DNA of 64,000 nucleotides from Octopus bimaculoides. Lineage: Eukaryota. Position numbers and translations under genes: made by a program. Numbering within the stretch: the first letter of the stretch is position 1; each line of letters starts with the position of its first letter. Shown here in pieces: positions 1 through 12,257 of the stretch. The stretch covers positions 12,880,323-12,944,322 of the forward strand of contig NC_068993.1 of NCBI RefSeq assembly GCF_001194135.2, read 5' to 3'. The notes beneath the pieces were generated by a model. That model saw only the letters and a program-made list of their open reading frames with translations, had not been told where the DNA came from and did no database searches.

Positions 1-780
1 ACAATTGATCTTGAATTTGAGGGGAGTGTGTGTATATGTGTGTGTTTGTGTATGATCGAATTTTTTTTTTTTTTTTTACATTAGTAACCAGTGAATAATG
101 GAATTCGATCTAATTGACTCTACTCACCTCACAGAGTTGATAGGAAGGGATGTCCCTGTACCTATGTTGAAAATCAATATCAGAAATAAAACGAATTTCG
201 ATATAACACCTGTTATTATCAACATTTCACACCTAATTACTTTTTCAATTGTGTTCTTGCCTTTTTTTTTTCTTTATTCGGTTACTGGTGTTGTTGAAGA
301 GGTTGGTGTTTCTGTGCGCGCGCGCGCGCGCGTGTGTGTTTGGCGGCGGTAGTCATATTCGTGTTATTTTTGATGTTGTCATTCTGATTTTGATGCTGTT
401 GATGAGATTCTAAATTTTGTGGCTTCCAGGATCAGATGTACTTTCAACAAACTCTATTGTCAATCTGGCATCGATTTCTCTTCCATATTTCTGCAAAAAT
501 ATATAAAATAAGTATATACACAAACAAAAGTAACTTATTTTTTTTTAAACTCAGTAATAATAATTATAGAAATTATCAACCTCATCATTTTCATAGTCGC
601 TTTCACATTTGCAGCTGTTCGTCCTGGTTTTATATCAATGCTGCTACTTCTAACAATTGTACTAGTAGTAGCAGCAGCAGCATAGGACAGGGTGCTGGGA
701 AGTTAATTTCAGTAGCATTCTTGATTGACGACTCATTTATAAATCTATAATTGATATTTTCCCGAGATTATTTATACGCG

Positions 781-1420
781 CAAACGGGGCTTTATGGTAA
801 GAAGCTTGCTTCCCAACCTCGTGGTTCCTGATTCAGTGATAATGCGTGGGACCTTGAGCAAGTGTCTTCTGCTATAACCTTGACCCGACCAAGCAATTCT
901 GAGCAGATTTAGTTGACGGAAACTGGAAGAATCCCACGTGTGTATCTGTGTGTTATTTCTTTACTACCCACAAGGGGCTACACACAGGGGGGGACAAACA
1001 AGGACAGACAAACAAATTAAGTCGATTATATCGACCCCAGTGCGTAACCGGTACTTATTTAATCGACCCCGAAAGGATGAAAGGCAAAGTCGACCTCGGC
1101 TGAATTTGAACTCAGAACGTAGCGGTAGACGAAATACCGCTTAGTATTTTGCCCGGCGTGCTAACGTTTCTGCCAGCTCGCCGCCTTTTACGTGTATATC
1201 TGTGTGTGTGTGTGTGTGTGTGTCGCTTTGTTCACAGCGCCACAACTTGACAACCGGTATTAATGCGTTTATGTCCATGTGACTTAGCGAATCAGCAAAA
1301 GGAAACTGATAGAGTAAGTGCTAGGCCTTAAAGTCGTGGATCGATTTGTTCGACTAAAACCGCTCAATTAGGTGCTCCAGCATCGCCGCAGTCAAATGAC
1401 TAGAACAAATAAACGAGAAA
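781..1420 (+). mobile_element. tRNA-derived SINE, family A, split by a family B SINE
   Basis: Head TGGTAAGAAGCTTGCTTCCCAACC..GGTTCC, central ACCTTGAGCAAGTGTCTTCT..GACGGAAACTGGAAGA (781-935). After the insert, a (TG)n spacer and the tail ACAACTTGACAACCGG..CCAGCATCGCCGCAGTCAAATGACTAGAACAAATAAA (1208-1420). The same blocks occur in the 12258 and 13362 copies. Confidence 0.8.
954..1189 (-). mobile_element. tRNA-derived SINE, family B (tail type B1), full length, nested in family A SINE
   Basis: Reverse complement of the 59838-60069 copy. Flanked by an 18-bp TSD: ACGTGTGTATCTGTGTGT (936-953) and ACGTGTATATCTGTGTGT (1190-1207), one mismatch. Confidence 0.9.
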
Positions 1421-1498
1421 ACTAAACGTGTGTGTGTGTATATACATACATATATCTATCTATCTGTCTTTCTGTCTATCTATTTATCTATCTAACTT

Positions 1499-1740
1499 TC
1501 TATCTATTTATCTATCTGTCTTCCTCCATCTTTCTATCTATACCTCTGTCCTGGCCTCTACTTCACTGCTATACCCTTCTGTCCCTTCCTCCTTGTTCCA
1601 CTTCCTCCCTCCACCATCCTCTCTATCTATTTATCTATCTGTCTTCCTCTATCTTCGTATCTACCCCTCTGTCCTGGCCTCTACTTCACTGCTTCTGTCC
1701 CTTCCTCCTTGTTCCACTTCCTCCCTCCACCATCCTCTCT
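1499..1740. repeat. Tandem duplication of a ~120-bp pyrimidine-rich unit
   Basis: TCTATCTATTTATCTATCTGTCTTCCTC..CCCTCTGTCCTGGCCTCTACTTCACTGCT..CCTCCTTGTTCCACTTCCTCCCTCCACCATCCTCTCT occurs twice, head to tail. Confidence 0.85.
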
Positions 1741-2879
1741 GCTCTCGTGTGACCTGTGGTCAACTTTCTTTTCACTCCAGCCGCTGTGAAGGCAAGACGA
1801 ACTACTAGCGTGCTACNNNNNNNNNNNNNNNNNNNNNNNNNNNNNNNNNNNNNNNNNNNNNNNNNNNNNNNNNNNNNNNNNNNNNNNNNNNNNNNNNNNN
1901 NNNNNNNNNNNNNNNNNNNNNNNNNNNNNNNNNNNNNNNNNNNNNNNNNNNNNNNNNNNNNNNNNNNNNNNNNNNNNNNNNNNNNNNNNNNNNNNNNNNN
2001 NNNNNNNNNNNNNNNNNNNNNNNNNNNNNNNNNNNNNNNNNNNNNNNNNNNNNNNNNNNNNNNNNNNNNNNNNNNNNNNNNNNNNNNNNNNNNNNNNNNN
2101 NNNNNNNNNNNNNNNNNNNNNNNNNNNNNNNNNNNNNNNNNNNNNNNNNNNNNNNNNNNNNNNNNNNNNNNNNNNNNNNNNNNNNNNNNNNNNNNNNNNN
2201 NNNNNNNNNNNNNNNNNNNNNNNNNNNNNNNNNNNNNNNNNNNNNNNNNNNNNNNNNNNNNNNNNNNNNNNNNNNNNNNNNNNNNNNNNNNNNNNNNNNN
2301 NNNNNNNNNNNNNNNNTCCCCCGAACAGATCGGACACACGCAGTAGAAGTCCCACATCTAAATGTCCACACACACACACACACACACACACACTACCAGC
2401 ATTACGAGTTGTGTTGAACAATTTTGATTTCATATAACAGAGACACTTGTGAATGTGTATGTGCGTATAGATATATATGACTAATTTTAAGTTAAACAGA
2501 TTTTATTCGTTATTAAATAGCTAAAAGTGGCTTCCTTCGTGGATATTTTTGCTCCCACTCCCATTCTATCTTTCATTGTCATTGTTTTTTTTTATGTACA
2601 GATATACGAGCTGTTGTATTTTAATGTACGAATTTAATGTCTGCTACCTTTTTGTTTTCATCTGTATATCTGAAAATGTATGCATATCTGCGTGGGAACT
2701 GAAAATATATATAGAGACGGATATAGCAATATTTGCATCTAGATGTCACTACTTTGGCATATATACACACATATATAACACAGATGTGTGTATTTTCTGC
2801 TGGTGAGTGTATTTGGTCTTATAATAACATTTGCAAAATCAATTATAAATATTGTTCTAACTATTAATAATAATCTTCC

Positions 2880-3215
2880 TACTTATAATCATCACCATTA
2901 TCGCCATGATCGTCATCACTATTATATCACTATGACGACCAGTGTCATCGTCATCAGTAAGATTACCACTAGAACTACAAATAGCAGCGACGTTCATCAT
3001 CATCATCGTCACCATCATCGTCATCGTCCTAATTGTCCTAATTATCATCATCACCACCATCTCCATCATCATCGTCGTCACGATGACAGCGAAATTAACG
3101 ACAAGCAACAAATACAGGAACATCTGTAGCTAGTGGCAACCTCAAGTATGACATCAACCTACAGCAACAACAACTAAAACAACACTGACAACAAGAAGAT
3201 GAACAGCAACAACAA
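2880..3215. repeat. Degenerate (CAT/CAC)n and (CAA)n trinucleotide tracts
   Basis: CATCATCATCGTCAC runs; source of the His/Ile/Met-rich spurious ORFs at 2788-3133. Confidence 0.85.
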
Positions 3216-3255
3216 ATTACTTCCTTCCTAAATAAAGGTCATCAGATACCCCACT

Positions 3256-3298
<43 letters not shown>

Positions 3299-3466
3299 NN
3301 NNNNNNNNNNNNNNNNNNNNNNNNNNNNNNNNNNNNNNNNNNNNNNNNNNNNNNNNNNNNNNNNNNNNNNNNNNNNNNNNNNNNNNNNNNNNNNNNNNNN
3401 NNNNNNNNNNNNNNNNNNNNNNNNNNNNNNNNNNNNNNNNNNNNNNNNNNNNNNNNNNNNNNNNNN

Positions 3467-3510
<44 letters not shown>

Positions 3511-4063
3511 TGCATAGTTACATATGCATGAATAAATACACAAGTATATACGAGCACACAATCTCAAATATACATACATACTTATATTCTTACATATTTG
3601 TACAGCTATGAGTATATACATGTATACGCAAAAATAGTGTGAAGTAGAATATGGACAGCTACTTCGAAACCTCGACTTCTCTGATCGTTTATAAATTCAA
3701 ATTCATAACAATTATTGATACAGTTCGCAACGTTTGTAAATGTTTAGGTTGCAATCCTAAAAAAAACTAGGAATTTTCAAGCCCAGTAGACCAAAATATT
3801 CCGTTATCTATAATGACATAATGCAAGCGGAACAGAAAAAAATTTGGAAGATTTTGTTAATGCTCATCATGTAAGACTTAGCTTTATGGATGCAATTTGG
3901 ATGATAATAACGACATGTTTCTGTTAGAAGCCTCTTTCATTGTAGGAAGAATCCAAATAATTAAAAACAAAAAAAAAAAAAACAAAGATACATACACAAG
4001 CTGCACATTAACTCATAGACAATACTCATGTACATACATAGATACATAGATACATACATACAT

Positions 4064-4452
4064 TGTTGTCGGCACTCCGTCGCTTACGACGTCGAGGGTT
4101 CCAGTTGATCCGATCAACGGAACAGCCTGCTCGTGAAATTAACGTGCAAGTGGCTGAGCACTCCACAGACACGTGTACCCTAAACGTAGTTCTCAGGGAG
4201 ATTCAGCGTGACACAGAGTGCGAGAAGGCTGACCCTTTGAATTACAGGCACAACAGAAACAGGAAGTAAGAGTGATAAAAATTTGTGGTGAAAGAGTCCA
4301 GCAGGGTTCGCCACCACCCCCCACCGGAGCCTCGTGGAGCGTTTTAGGCGTTTTCGCTCAATAAACACTCACAACGGCCGGTCTGCGAATCGAAACCGCG
4401 ATCCTATTATCGCGAGTCCGCTGCCCTAACCACTGGGCCATTGCCACTCCAC
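4064..4452 (-). mobile_element. tRNA-derived SINE, family D, full length
   Basis: Minus strand reads GTGGAGTGGCAATGGCCCAGTGGTTAGGGCAGCGGACTCGCG..GGTTTCGATTC (A/B-box-like tRNA head) and ends GCAGGCTGTTCCGTTGATCGGATCAACTGGAACCCTCGACGTCGTAAGCGACGGAGTGCCGACAACAA. Embedded in (TACA)n on both sides. Homologous partial copies at 5297 and 47644. Confidence 0.85.
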
Positions 4453-4476
4453 ACATATATACATACATACATACAT

Positions 4477-4907
4477 TGTTACGATCAGACAAATTACAAT
4501 GTAAGGAAAAGGGGCAAACTTCTAATCGCAACAACGTGTTCAAACAGGGAAGTAAATGTTCATATATGGAGATTATGACCAGTCTCAATGGTTTCAAGGT
4601 AGGTAGTGAACGGTCCGACCCATATGCAGCTCCGTCTCTCGTTCCGCTTCTATCCGCGCCAAGCTCCCACTGTCTTCCCCACTCCCCTTGTTAACAGGAA
4701 GTACGAGATTACCGGCCTTGCTCGTTAACAGGAAGTGAACGAGGTTACCTGTCTCGTACTATACTAACTTCCTGTATATATATTTGGTTATTCATACCAA
4801 CGTTATTTCACTTCTGCCAAACGGTCGTTGACAAACGTTTATCTCGCCACTTTCGGAAAATATAGGGTTAGTTCTCACCCTTCATTATCTCATAGGTATG
4901 CATAACA
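4477..4907 (+). mobile_element. Solo LTR (431 bp), probably Ty3/Gypsy-like
   Basis: Starts TGTTACG and ends CATAACA (TGTTA/TAACA terminal inverted repeat, TG..CA). 4-bp TSD ACAT at 4473-4476 and 4908-4911. Second copy at 33661-34098. Orientation inferred from the TATA-like tract at 4775-4782. Confidence 0.8.
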
Positions 4908-5296
4908 ACATACATACATACATACATATATGCATACATACGTATGGTCTGTTACTAGTTTCAGCGACTTTGCACTGGCTAGAAAAGCGGTTCAAATACA
5001 TTAATTTTCCACCTGCGTATATTGTCTGTTCTCATTTGTTGAAATACTACTTGACAAAACATAAAGAAGAGCCAAATTTCTAATATGATATCCACAAATA
5101 TCTCCAAAAGTAATTTTCTTTTCTCTCTTTTAAAACCAAAATATTAATGGTCATGAAGTAAAGTATTTTAACCACAATTTTGCTTGACCAGAGTAAACCA
5201 GGGATTGAGTATCTGCGTATGAACGCACAATCAACATACGTAAAATTAAAACTTTACATGGCTCAGCTCCATTCATGGCGATTTTCTGAAGTTCCA

Positions 5297-5540
5297 CCGG
5301 GCGTAGTGAGTGTCTATTGAGCGAAAACACCTAAAACTCCACGAGACTGTTTCTCTTGTATCTGTATTTTCAATAGCCAGCCTTGTCACAATCTGTGTCA
5401 CGTTGAATCTCCCCGAGGACAACGTTAAGGGTGCACGTGTCTGTGGAGTGCTCAGCCACTTGCAGGTTAATTTCACGAGCAGGCTGTTCCGTTGATTGGA
5501 GCAACTGAAATCCTCGTTGTCGTAACCGACAGAGTGCCAC
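5297..5540 (+). mobile_element. SINE family D, 5'-degenerate and internally deleted copy
   Basis: GTGAGTGTCTATTGAGCGAAAACACCTAAAACTCCACGAG..GTCTGTGGAGTGCTCAGCCACTTGCAGGTTAATTTCACGAGCAGGCTGTTCCGTTGA matches the reverse complement of 4064-4452. Confidence 0.85.
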
Positions 5541-5586
<46 letters not shown>

Positions 5587-5879
5587 TCTTCGTGGTTTTT
5601 CAGTTAATGTGGGTGCAAGGTTATTAATTCCCTCTTTATATACTGATTCCTTAAAAACGTACAACAGGAAAAAGAACAAATATAAGCATCAATATCTAAA
5701 GGTGAAATATAAACACCTTGCCCTACATTATGTGAAGAGACATATACAGGCCTAATTAGTAGCTCTACTACAGAGAAAAGGTTTCCAATTATTAATAATA
5801 ATGTTTCAAATTTTGGCACAAAGCCAGCACGTTTGGGAGCACGGGAATTCGTCATTTATATATCTTCAGCGTTCAAGTG

Positions 5880-5930
5880 GTTCTCCTTCTATCGACCCTG
5901 AAAGGATGAAATGCAAAGTCGACCTACGTT
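5880..5930 (-). mobile_element. SINE family B central-domain fragment
   Basis: TATCGACCCTGAAAGGATGAAATGCAAAGTCGACCT matches the family B core. Confidence 0.65.
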
Positions 5931-6182
5931 GCTCTGTGAAGTTAGATATTGTGCATGCTGTAAATCAAGCTTCTGCTTTGTATTCTGCCGACGTATCTCG
6001 GCCATCAGGACTGTGATGTTTTATCTAAATAAATACGTATGTATACACAAGGTATATATATGTATATGTGTGTGTATGTATATATAAGTATATATATGTA
6101 TGTGTATATATATATATATATATATAAATATGCGTGTGTGTGTGTGTATATGTAAGTGTATGTATATATAAGTATATATATG

Positions 6183-6225
<43 letters not shown>

Positions 6226-7393
6226 NNNNNNNNNNNNNNNNNNNNNNNNNNNNNNNNNNNNNNNNNNNNNNNNNNNNNNNNNNNNNNNNNNNNNNNNNNN
6301 NNNNNNNNNNNNNNNNNNNNNNNNNNNNNNNNNNNNNNNNNNNNNNNNNNNNNNNNNNNNNNNNNNNNNNNNNNNNNNNNNNNNNNNNNNNNNNNNNNNN
6401 NNNNNNNNNNNNNNNNNNNNNNNNNNNNNNNNNNNNNNNNNNNNNNNNNNNNNNNNNNNNNNNNNNNNNNNNNNNNNNNTATATATATATATATATATAT
6501 ATATGCATATATATATGCATATATATATATGCATACATACATAGATACCTAAATGCGCATTTGCGTGTAAGTGGAGGAAGAGACGTGGAGAGAGAAAGGG
6601 AGGTAATTTGTATTGTTCTTTAGATTCCCCAGTTATATATTGAATTTACAATAATCCCTCCTCCCTCACCTCATCCGCACTCACTCACGCTCCTCCCCCT
6701 TCTCCCCCTACTATCTTCAAGTTTTGCTTTAGGATTTTTTTTTCCTATACATCCTATGACCAACCGCCTTTTTTGTTTTTTTCTTTTAATACTTATATTT
6801 CCAACATCAGCTTTATATAAAAGTTCAGCTCATTAAGGAGAAGTTAACTTTGGAACAAAGGCAGGAATTTTGTTATTATTTTTTTTTCTTCTCAGGCACT
6901 AATTATGGGGTAATTAGCAGTGAATGCTTTCTTTCTCTCTTTTTCTTTCTGCCCTTCTTTATACGATCGCGCCATAGTCATCCTCGCACTATACTTACTG
7001 TACTATACTATATAGCAGGCACCATTTCCAAAACAGTCAGCAACACCAGACCAAATTGCACCATATCACATCGCACCACACCGACCCCCTTCGCCCTAAA
7101 ATGCCCTGGAATGCTTGATTCTGTATGAAGAACAGAACAGCATGATTATGATAATGGTGGCCGTGGTAATGACGAAAGCACGGAGGAGAGAGAGAAGGAT
7201 TATAGAAGATAGTGTTAATGATGATTATGATCATGCTGATGAAAACGCTGGTTTAATTTCTAGTTTCGTGTTTCAACTAAATTAGATCCTGCTCAACAAT
7301 ATAACTTTACATATAAACGCTCACACGCACGCACGCACACACACAAACACACACACACACACACACAGAGAAAAACACACAAACATATATATA

Positions 7394-7548
7394 AGCGTGG
7401 TTGTGTGGGAAGAATTTTGCTTCCCAACAACATGGCTCCGGTTTCAGTCTCACTGTCTGGCACCTTGGACAATTGTCTCCTGTTATAGCCTGGGATTGAC
7501 CACAGCTGTATGAGAGGATTTGGTAAATGGAAACAGAAAGAAGCCCTA
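7394..7548 (+). mobile_element. SINE family A, 5' half
   Basis: GTGGTTGTGTGGGAAGAATTTTGCTTCCCAACAACATGGCTCCGGTTTCAGTCTCACTG..GGCACCTTGGACAATTGTCT..GGAAACAGAAAGAAGCCC. Confidence 0.8.
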
Positions 7549-7586
7549 CATGTGTTGTGTGTTTTTATATATATATATATATTCAA

Positions 7587-7749
7587 TTTTTTTTCTCCGT
7601 GTTTTTCTCCTTGTCTCCGTATTCTTTCTGTTGAAGAGCGTAGCTCGAAACGTCAAAGACTTTCCGTATTCCCGAGCGTCATACTAATATATACTTTTGT
7701 TATTTACACCACCTGTCCTCGTTTGTTGTTATTATTTGTATATTCTCCC
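7587..7749 (+). mobile_element. Short repeat carrying a minimal hammerhead-like motif (Penelope-like terminal repeat candidate), copy 1
   Basis: Homologous to 23510-23680 (shared GAAGAGC.TAG.CTCGAAACGT.AAAGA..TTCCCGAGCGT.ATACTAATA..ACACCACCTGTC). Contains the TCTTT-CTGTTGA-A-GAG-CGTAG-CTC-GAAA-CGTC-AAAGA motif at 7623-7659. Confidence 0.6.
7623..7659 (+). ncRNA. Minimal type I hammerhead-ribozyme-like motif (core variant CUGUUGA)
   Basis: Stem I TCTTT (7623-27) / AAAGA (7655-59); core CTGTTGA (7628-34); stem II GAG/CTC; GAAA (7647-50); palindromic ACGT stem III with GUC triplet ending at 7654. Same layout as Penelope-associated minimal hammerheads, but A6 is U. Confidence 0.5.
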
Positions 7750-7955
7750 ATATATATATATATATATATAATGTGTGTGAGTGTGTGTGTGTGGGCTCTG
7801 ATCACAAAGCGCGATGGTCAAACACATTTCAGCCGTGATTAACTTATTTAGTGTGTCCTTCTTTTTTCATGAGGTTAGGGATATTTGATTGCTATTTTTT
7901 ATGAAAACATTGGCTCTCAAGTAGTGTAAACGCGGTATTTGGTGAAGCATAGAAG

Positions 7956-7988
<33 letters not shown>

Positions 7989-8726
7989 CACTAGCGTAGC
8001 TAAATTTGGTCGTCTATTTTCCAAATCACACATCCCACACACACACACACACAAAATAAATCGATTCTATTGAAACAAGAGAGCGGAAGTGAGCTAGAGA
8101 GAGAGTCACTACGTGGTTTTCTCTCTGCTAAAAACACCTGCTATATTCTCTCAAATCCCGTTGTATTGTCTTCAAATTGGTTGATTCGTACTTTGGAAAA
8201 ACGTCGCATAGGTCATCGCTGGAACGTCTTTGATCATAGATTGACTCGATCAAAACTGGTCTGGGCCTAGGCAACAAATCGATTTTGTCCTTCAACACCA
8301 CCTTGGTCAATTTTCAGCCTTTATCCTTCCCCACTCCCTTCCTTAGATCGATAAAATAATTTCCAGTTGAGTGCTTGGTTCGATTCAATCAACAATACAC
8401 ATCTACTAATATTTGTTGGCTCATATATATATTTTTTTACCGATATGAAAAATCAATATTCATATGATTATTTTGTCTAGACATTCGGACATTTTATTTT
8501 ATTTTTTTTATTGCTTGTAAAGCAAATGAGTATCGTAGTACTTCTTGTCTAACAAGTGACTTAATATTAGACCGTGTGCTAAAACTGAAGAAATTGCTTT
8601 GAGGAAGAACCATTTTAGCATTCTAAAATCACTCCGCCAAACTGTTGAATTCACTATTAAATAGTTATTGCGGTCTCTAAACTACAATATTCTCTGGCAT
8701 TCGACGTATTATTCAGTATAAGTATT

Positions 8727-8922
8727 CTTTTCTACACTAGGCACAAATCCCGGAATTTTGGGGGAGGGGGCCAGTCGATTAGATCGACCCCAATACGCAA
8801 CTGGTACTTAATTTATCGACTCCGTCAGGATGAAAGGCAAAGTCAACCTCAGAACGTAAAAACAGACGAAATGCCGCTAAGCATTTCGCCCGCCGTGCTA
8901 ACGTTTCTGCCAGCTCTTCACC
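8727..8922 (-). mobile_element. SINE family B (tail type B2)
   Basis: Core GGTACTTAATTTATCGAC..GGATGAAAGGCAAAGTC and head CGTGCTAACGTTTCTGCCAGCTC. 18-bp TSD TTATTCAGTATAAGTATT (8709-8726) / TTATTCAATATAAGCATT (8923-8940). Confidence 0.85.
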
Positions 8923-9577
8923 TTATTCAATATAAGCATTTTAACATTGTCAATAGCTTTCAGAATCCTGTTACATTTCACATAAATTTCTGAGTACTTT
9001 AAATTCACCTTAGTGTATATGTCGACCGACCTAATTTTGACTGTTCTTTTTAGCATGAAAAATTCGTCTTCAGTGGCGGTAGTAGATCTATGTTAGTGAC
9101 CAGGTCCCAGAGATTTGCGAAAAATCTTAACCACGTTATGACATAAATGAAAAATGAATTTGTTTTTTTATATAGATAATATAGCTTTTCCACAGTGTTT
9201 CGTAACTCAGAAAAATCGATATAAAATGAACCGAATCGTATATTATCTTACTTTCATATTTATCGATTTCTAATGTAAAGCTACGGCGCAAATTAATTAA
9301 GGCTGTAAAATAATAATTAGAAATTTTTATACGCAATAGAGATTAAACTGCTGAAAAAAAAACATATATAATACAGAATAGGACAAGAACGCAAAACATC
9401 CAGACAGTTAGGTGATACAAGAAAGGGACAAAACATCCAGATAGCCTATACAAAGAAAACAAGGGCAGGTCATTCGGAGTTTTCTTTCCTCAGTCGAGAT
9501 CCAGATTATCCTTGCAATTTAATTTCGGCTGGTTTATATATATATAAATATATATATATAAATATATATATATAAAT

Positions 9578-9626
<49 letters not shown>

Positions 9627-9725
9627 CACATATATATATATATACACATATATATATATATACACACATATATATACACACATATATATATACACATATA
9701 TATATACACACATATATATATATAC

Positions 9726-9756
<31 letters not shown>

Positions 9757-10627
9757 CATATATATATANNNNNNNNNNNNNNNNNNNNNNNNNNNNNNNN
9801 NNNNNNNNNNNNNNNNNNNNNNNNNNNNNNNNNNNNNNNNNNNNNNNNNNNNNNNNNNNNNNNNNNNNNNNNNNNNNNNNNNNNNNNNNNNNNNNNNNNN
9901 NNNNNNNNNNNNNNNNNNNNNNNNNNNNNNNNNNNNNNNNNNNNNNNNNNNNNNNNNNNNNNNNNNNNNNNNNNNNNNNNNNNNNNNNNNNNNNNNNNNN
10001 NNNNNNNNNNNNNNNNNNNNNNNNNNNNNNNNNNNNNNNNNNNNNNNNNNNNNNNNNNNNNNNNNNNNNNNNNNNNNNNNNNNNNNNNNNNNNNNNNNNN
10101 NNNNNNNNNNNNNNNNNNNNNNNNNNNNNNNNNNNNNNNNNNNNNNNNNNNNNNNNNNNNNNNNNNNNNNNNNNNNNNNNNNNNNNNNNNNNNNNNNNNN
10201 NNNNNNNNNNNNNNNNNNNNNNNNNNNNNNNNNNNNNNNNNNNNNNNNNNNNNNNNNNNNNNNNNNNNNNNNNNNNNNNNNNNNNNNNNNNNNNNNNNNN
10301 NNNNNNNNNNNNNNNNNNNNNNNNNNNNNNNNNNNNNNNNNNNNNNNNNNNNNNNNNNNNNNNNNNNNNNNNNNNNNNNNNNNNNNNNNNNNNNNNNNNN
10401 NNNNNNNNNNNNNNNNNNNNNNNNNNNNNNNNNNNNNNNNNNNNNNNNNNNNNNNNNNNNNNNNNNNNNNNNNNNNNNNNNNNNNNNNNNNNNNNNNNNN
10501 NNNNNNNNNNNNNNNNNNNNNNNNNNNNNNNNNNNNNNNNNNNNNNNNNNNNNNNNNNNNNNNNNNNNNNNNNNNNNNNNNNNNNNNNNNNNNNNNNNNN
10601 NNNNNNNNNNNNNNNNNNNNNNNNNNN

Positions 10628-10676
<49 letters not shown>

Positions 10677-11159
10677 AAATATTTATCGAAACCGATGTTG
10701 TGTACTCACTTTCCTGAGAACATCACCTTCTACGTCAAAAAGTAGTTAATTGGTAGTTAATGAGCAATCAAGTCGTGAGACCTTATTTCATCATTGGTAT
10801 TGTGTTAGGTAAATATTTATTTACTGATTAACTTATCTATGTTCATTCGAGAGATTGGAAGGTTTCGCACTTTACAATGAGCAAAGTTTTGATCGGTAGC
10901 TAGAAATCATCGGATCATAGAGCTAGTAGCACGCCGCTCACAGAAAGTGTACATAAAGTGAGTGGACATACGCTCACCACGTTTGGTAGCTGTTACATCT
11001 ATTGTTTAATAACAGTTTGGTTCGGCCCCATCCTACTTAATGTTCTTCAAGGTAAACTTACTGAATCAGTTATCTAAACCCTGAAGAGCTGGCTTCGTTT
11101 TACGAGGCAATGAATCTTGAAGTTGCATGGTGCGTAGCAAATGGCTATTAAATAATAGC

Positions 11160-11443
11160 TAGCTAGGTAGATAGATAGATAGATAGATAAATTAAGAGAG
11201 AAAAAGATATAGATTAAGAGAGAAAGAGATAGATAGAAAGATTAAGAAATAAAGAGAGAGAGAGAGATAAATAGATTGATTAGAGAGAGAGAAATAGACA
11301 GATTGATTGATTGATTGATTAAGAGAGAAATAGATAGATAGAATGATTGATTAAGAGAGAAATAGATAGATAGAATGATTGATTGAGAGAGAAATAAATA
11401 GATTCATTGATTAAGAGAGCGAGAGAAATAGATAGATAGATTG

Positions 11444-11484
<41 letters not shown>

Positions 11485-11530
11485 AATAGTTAGATAGATT
11501 AAGAGAGAGAAAGAGAAATAGATAGATATA
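11160..11530. repeat. Compound (AGAT)n/(GATT)n/(AG)n microsatellite
   Basis: Repeated GATTGATTAAGAGAGAAATAGATAGATAGAAT units and (GA)n. Confidence 0.9.
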
Positions 11531-12257
11531 CACAGATACTGTGTTCCTTTGTTTCTGCTGAACACAAACACATACAATGGATAAAATGCTGTAGTAATCA
11601 TTTCAATATGGCATAAAATTAAAACGTAAAACGGACAGTGGAGACAGAACAAATTAGATGAGCGAGCTAAGACAGTAAGAAATGAAAGAAGAAAAAGCAA
11701 GAGAAGCAGAAAAAAATATAATGGCAAATTCTGAAAGAAAATAAAGACAGTTAGCAATTTATACCGATATAGTAACATGTTGTTTTTAATATAAATTGAA
11801 ATGTTTGTCTAATCTCAAGAGTGAAAGAAATATCAAAATCAGTGATAAGTACAGCGTAATCTCATGTTATGCTATCATTTTTTTCTCTTTTCCGTATGTA
11901 CGTTTCTGTGTGTGTGTGTGTGTATTTGGGTGTACATATGTATTAATACACTCACACATTTATCTGTATGTATTACACGGTCGTACAATAATTAGATATG
12001 TAAGTTTAATTTACGAGCGTATATTTTAGTAAATATGTATCGTAGTTTCGTTGTGTAAGTAAACACGTTAGTTTTCTTTTTTTTTTTTCTATCTGCAGCT
12101 TGCTAAAGAATTAGATATAACTAGTTCTCTCTATCTTCAAGAAATAAGACATTACTGACGAAGCGGTAACAAGAACTGAAACCAACGTGGTCCTGGATAG
12201 AAATTCACTAATTAATCGACGCTATTTAGCTTTTATTGCTAGTCTAAAATATATGTA

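Noticed and set aside
2602-2802. Possible exon (TTTTTTTTTATGTACAG acceptor, CTG|GTGAGT donor)
   Set aside because: The enclosed sequence is microsatellite-like, and its open frame is not protein-like; such site pairs are expected by chance.
9380-9535. Repeat-like segment with minus-strand CTGAGGA..CCGAATG resembling a hammerhead core
   Set aside because: GAAA is replaced by GAAT, and stems I and III cannot be drawn.
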